A stretch of 64,000 nt of DNA, taken from contig OZ249452.1 in NCBI GenBank assembly GCA_965235115.1, positions 13,392,001 to 13,456,000 on the forward strand, in the 5' to 3' direction. The DNA comes from Laetmonice hystrix (Eukaryota). Positions 63,881 through 64,000 of the stretch are shown piece after piece; within the stretch, counting starts at the first letter, position 1; the number at the start of each line of letters is the position of its first letter. The notes below the pieces were generated by a model. That model was not told the origin of the DNA. It saw nothing but the letters and a program-made list of their open reading frames with translations, and searched no databases. The translations under genes were made by a program, and so were the position numbers.

Positions 63881-64000
63881 TCATAACGACAACACAGTCC
63901 ATGACTAACCATCAGCCTTCAAGGGCACCCTCAGGGGAAACCGTCTAAACACTGGGCCAGTTTAGCATTCCATGCATGGGAACCTACCTCTGATCAAATA

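Noticed and set aside
63584-63886. 100-aa repeat ORF on + strand
   Set aside because: Antisense to a well-supported exon and derived from the tandem array.
1-64000. CACGTG E-box enrichment
   Set aside because: About ten sites seen, close to rough chance expectation.
1-64000. tRNA, rRNA or tRNA-derived SINE
   Set aside because: No convincing A/B-box pair, cloverleaf or rRNA signature recognised by eye.

Overview
Eukaryotic (non-vertebrate bilaterian, finer placement not supportable) genomic window with two assembly gaps. Most of it is one spliced + strand gene, a thyroid hormone receptor (NR1A). I reconstruct 10 coding exons from 6590 to 50770 (1338 nt, 445 aa; 462 aa with an upstream acceptor), all with GT-AG junctions and consistent phases. 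The 3' part of a convergent - strand gene enters from the right end and resembles the M3-M4 region of a Cys-less pentameric ligand-gated ion channel. Introns carry several MITEs, minisatellites and decayed ORF remnants. The most notable signals are three. (1) The TR locus holds at least five exact-consensus DR5 nuclear-receptor elements and five one-mismatch copies, while I found no exact DR4; several sit next to bZIP sites. (2) A 42/45-bp array multiplies the ion-channel splice acceptor; each unit carries a branch-point motif and an in-frame stop. (3) The TR A/B region is built from frame-preserving cassette exons and tandem acceptors. All motif counts are from a manual scan and need computational confirmation.
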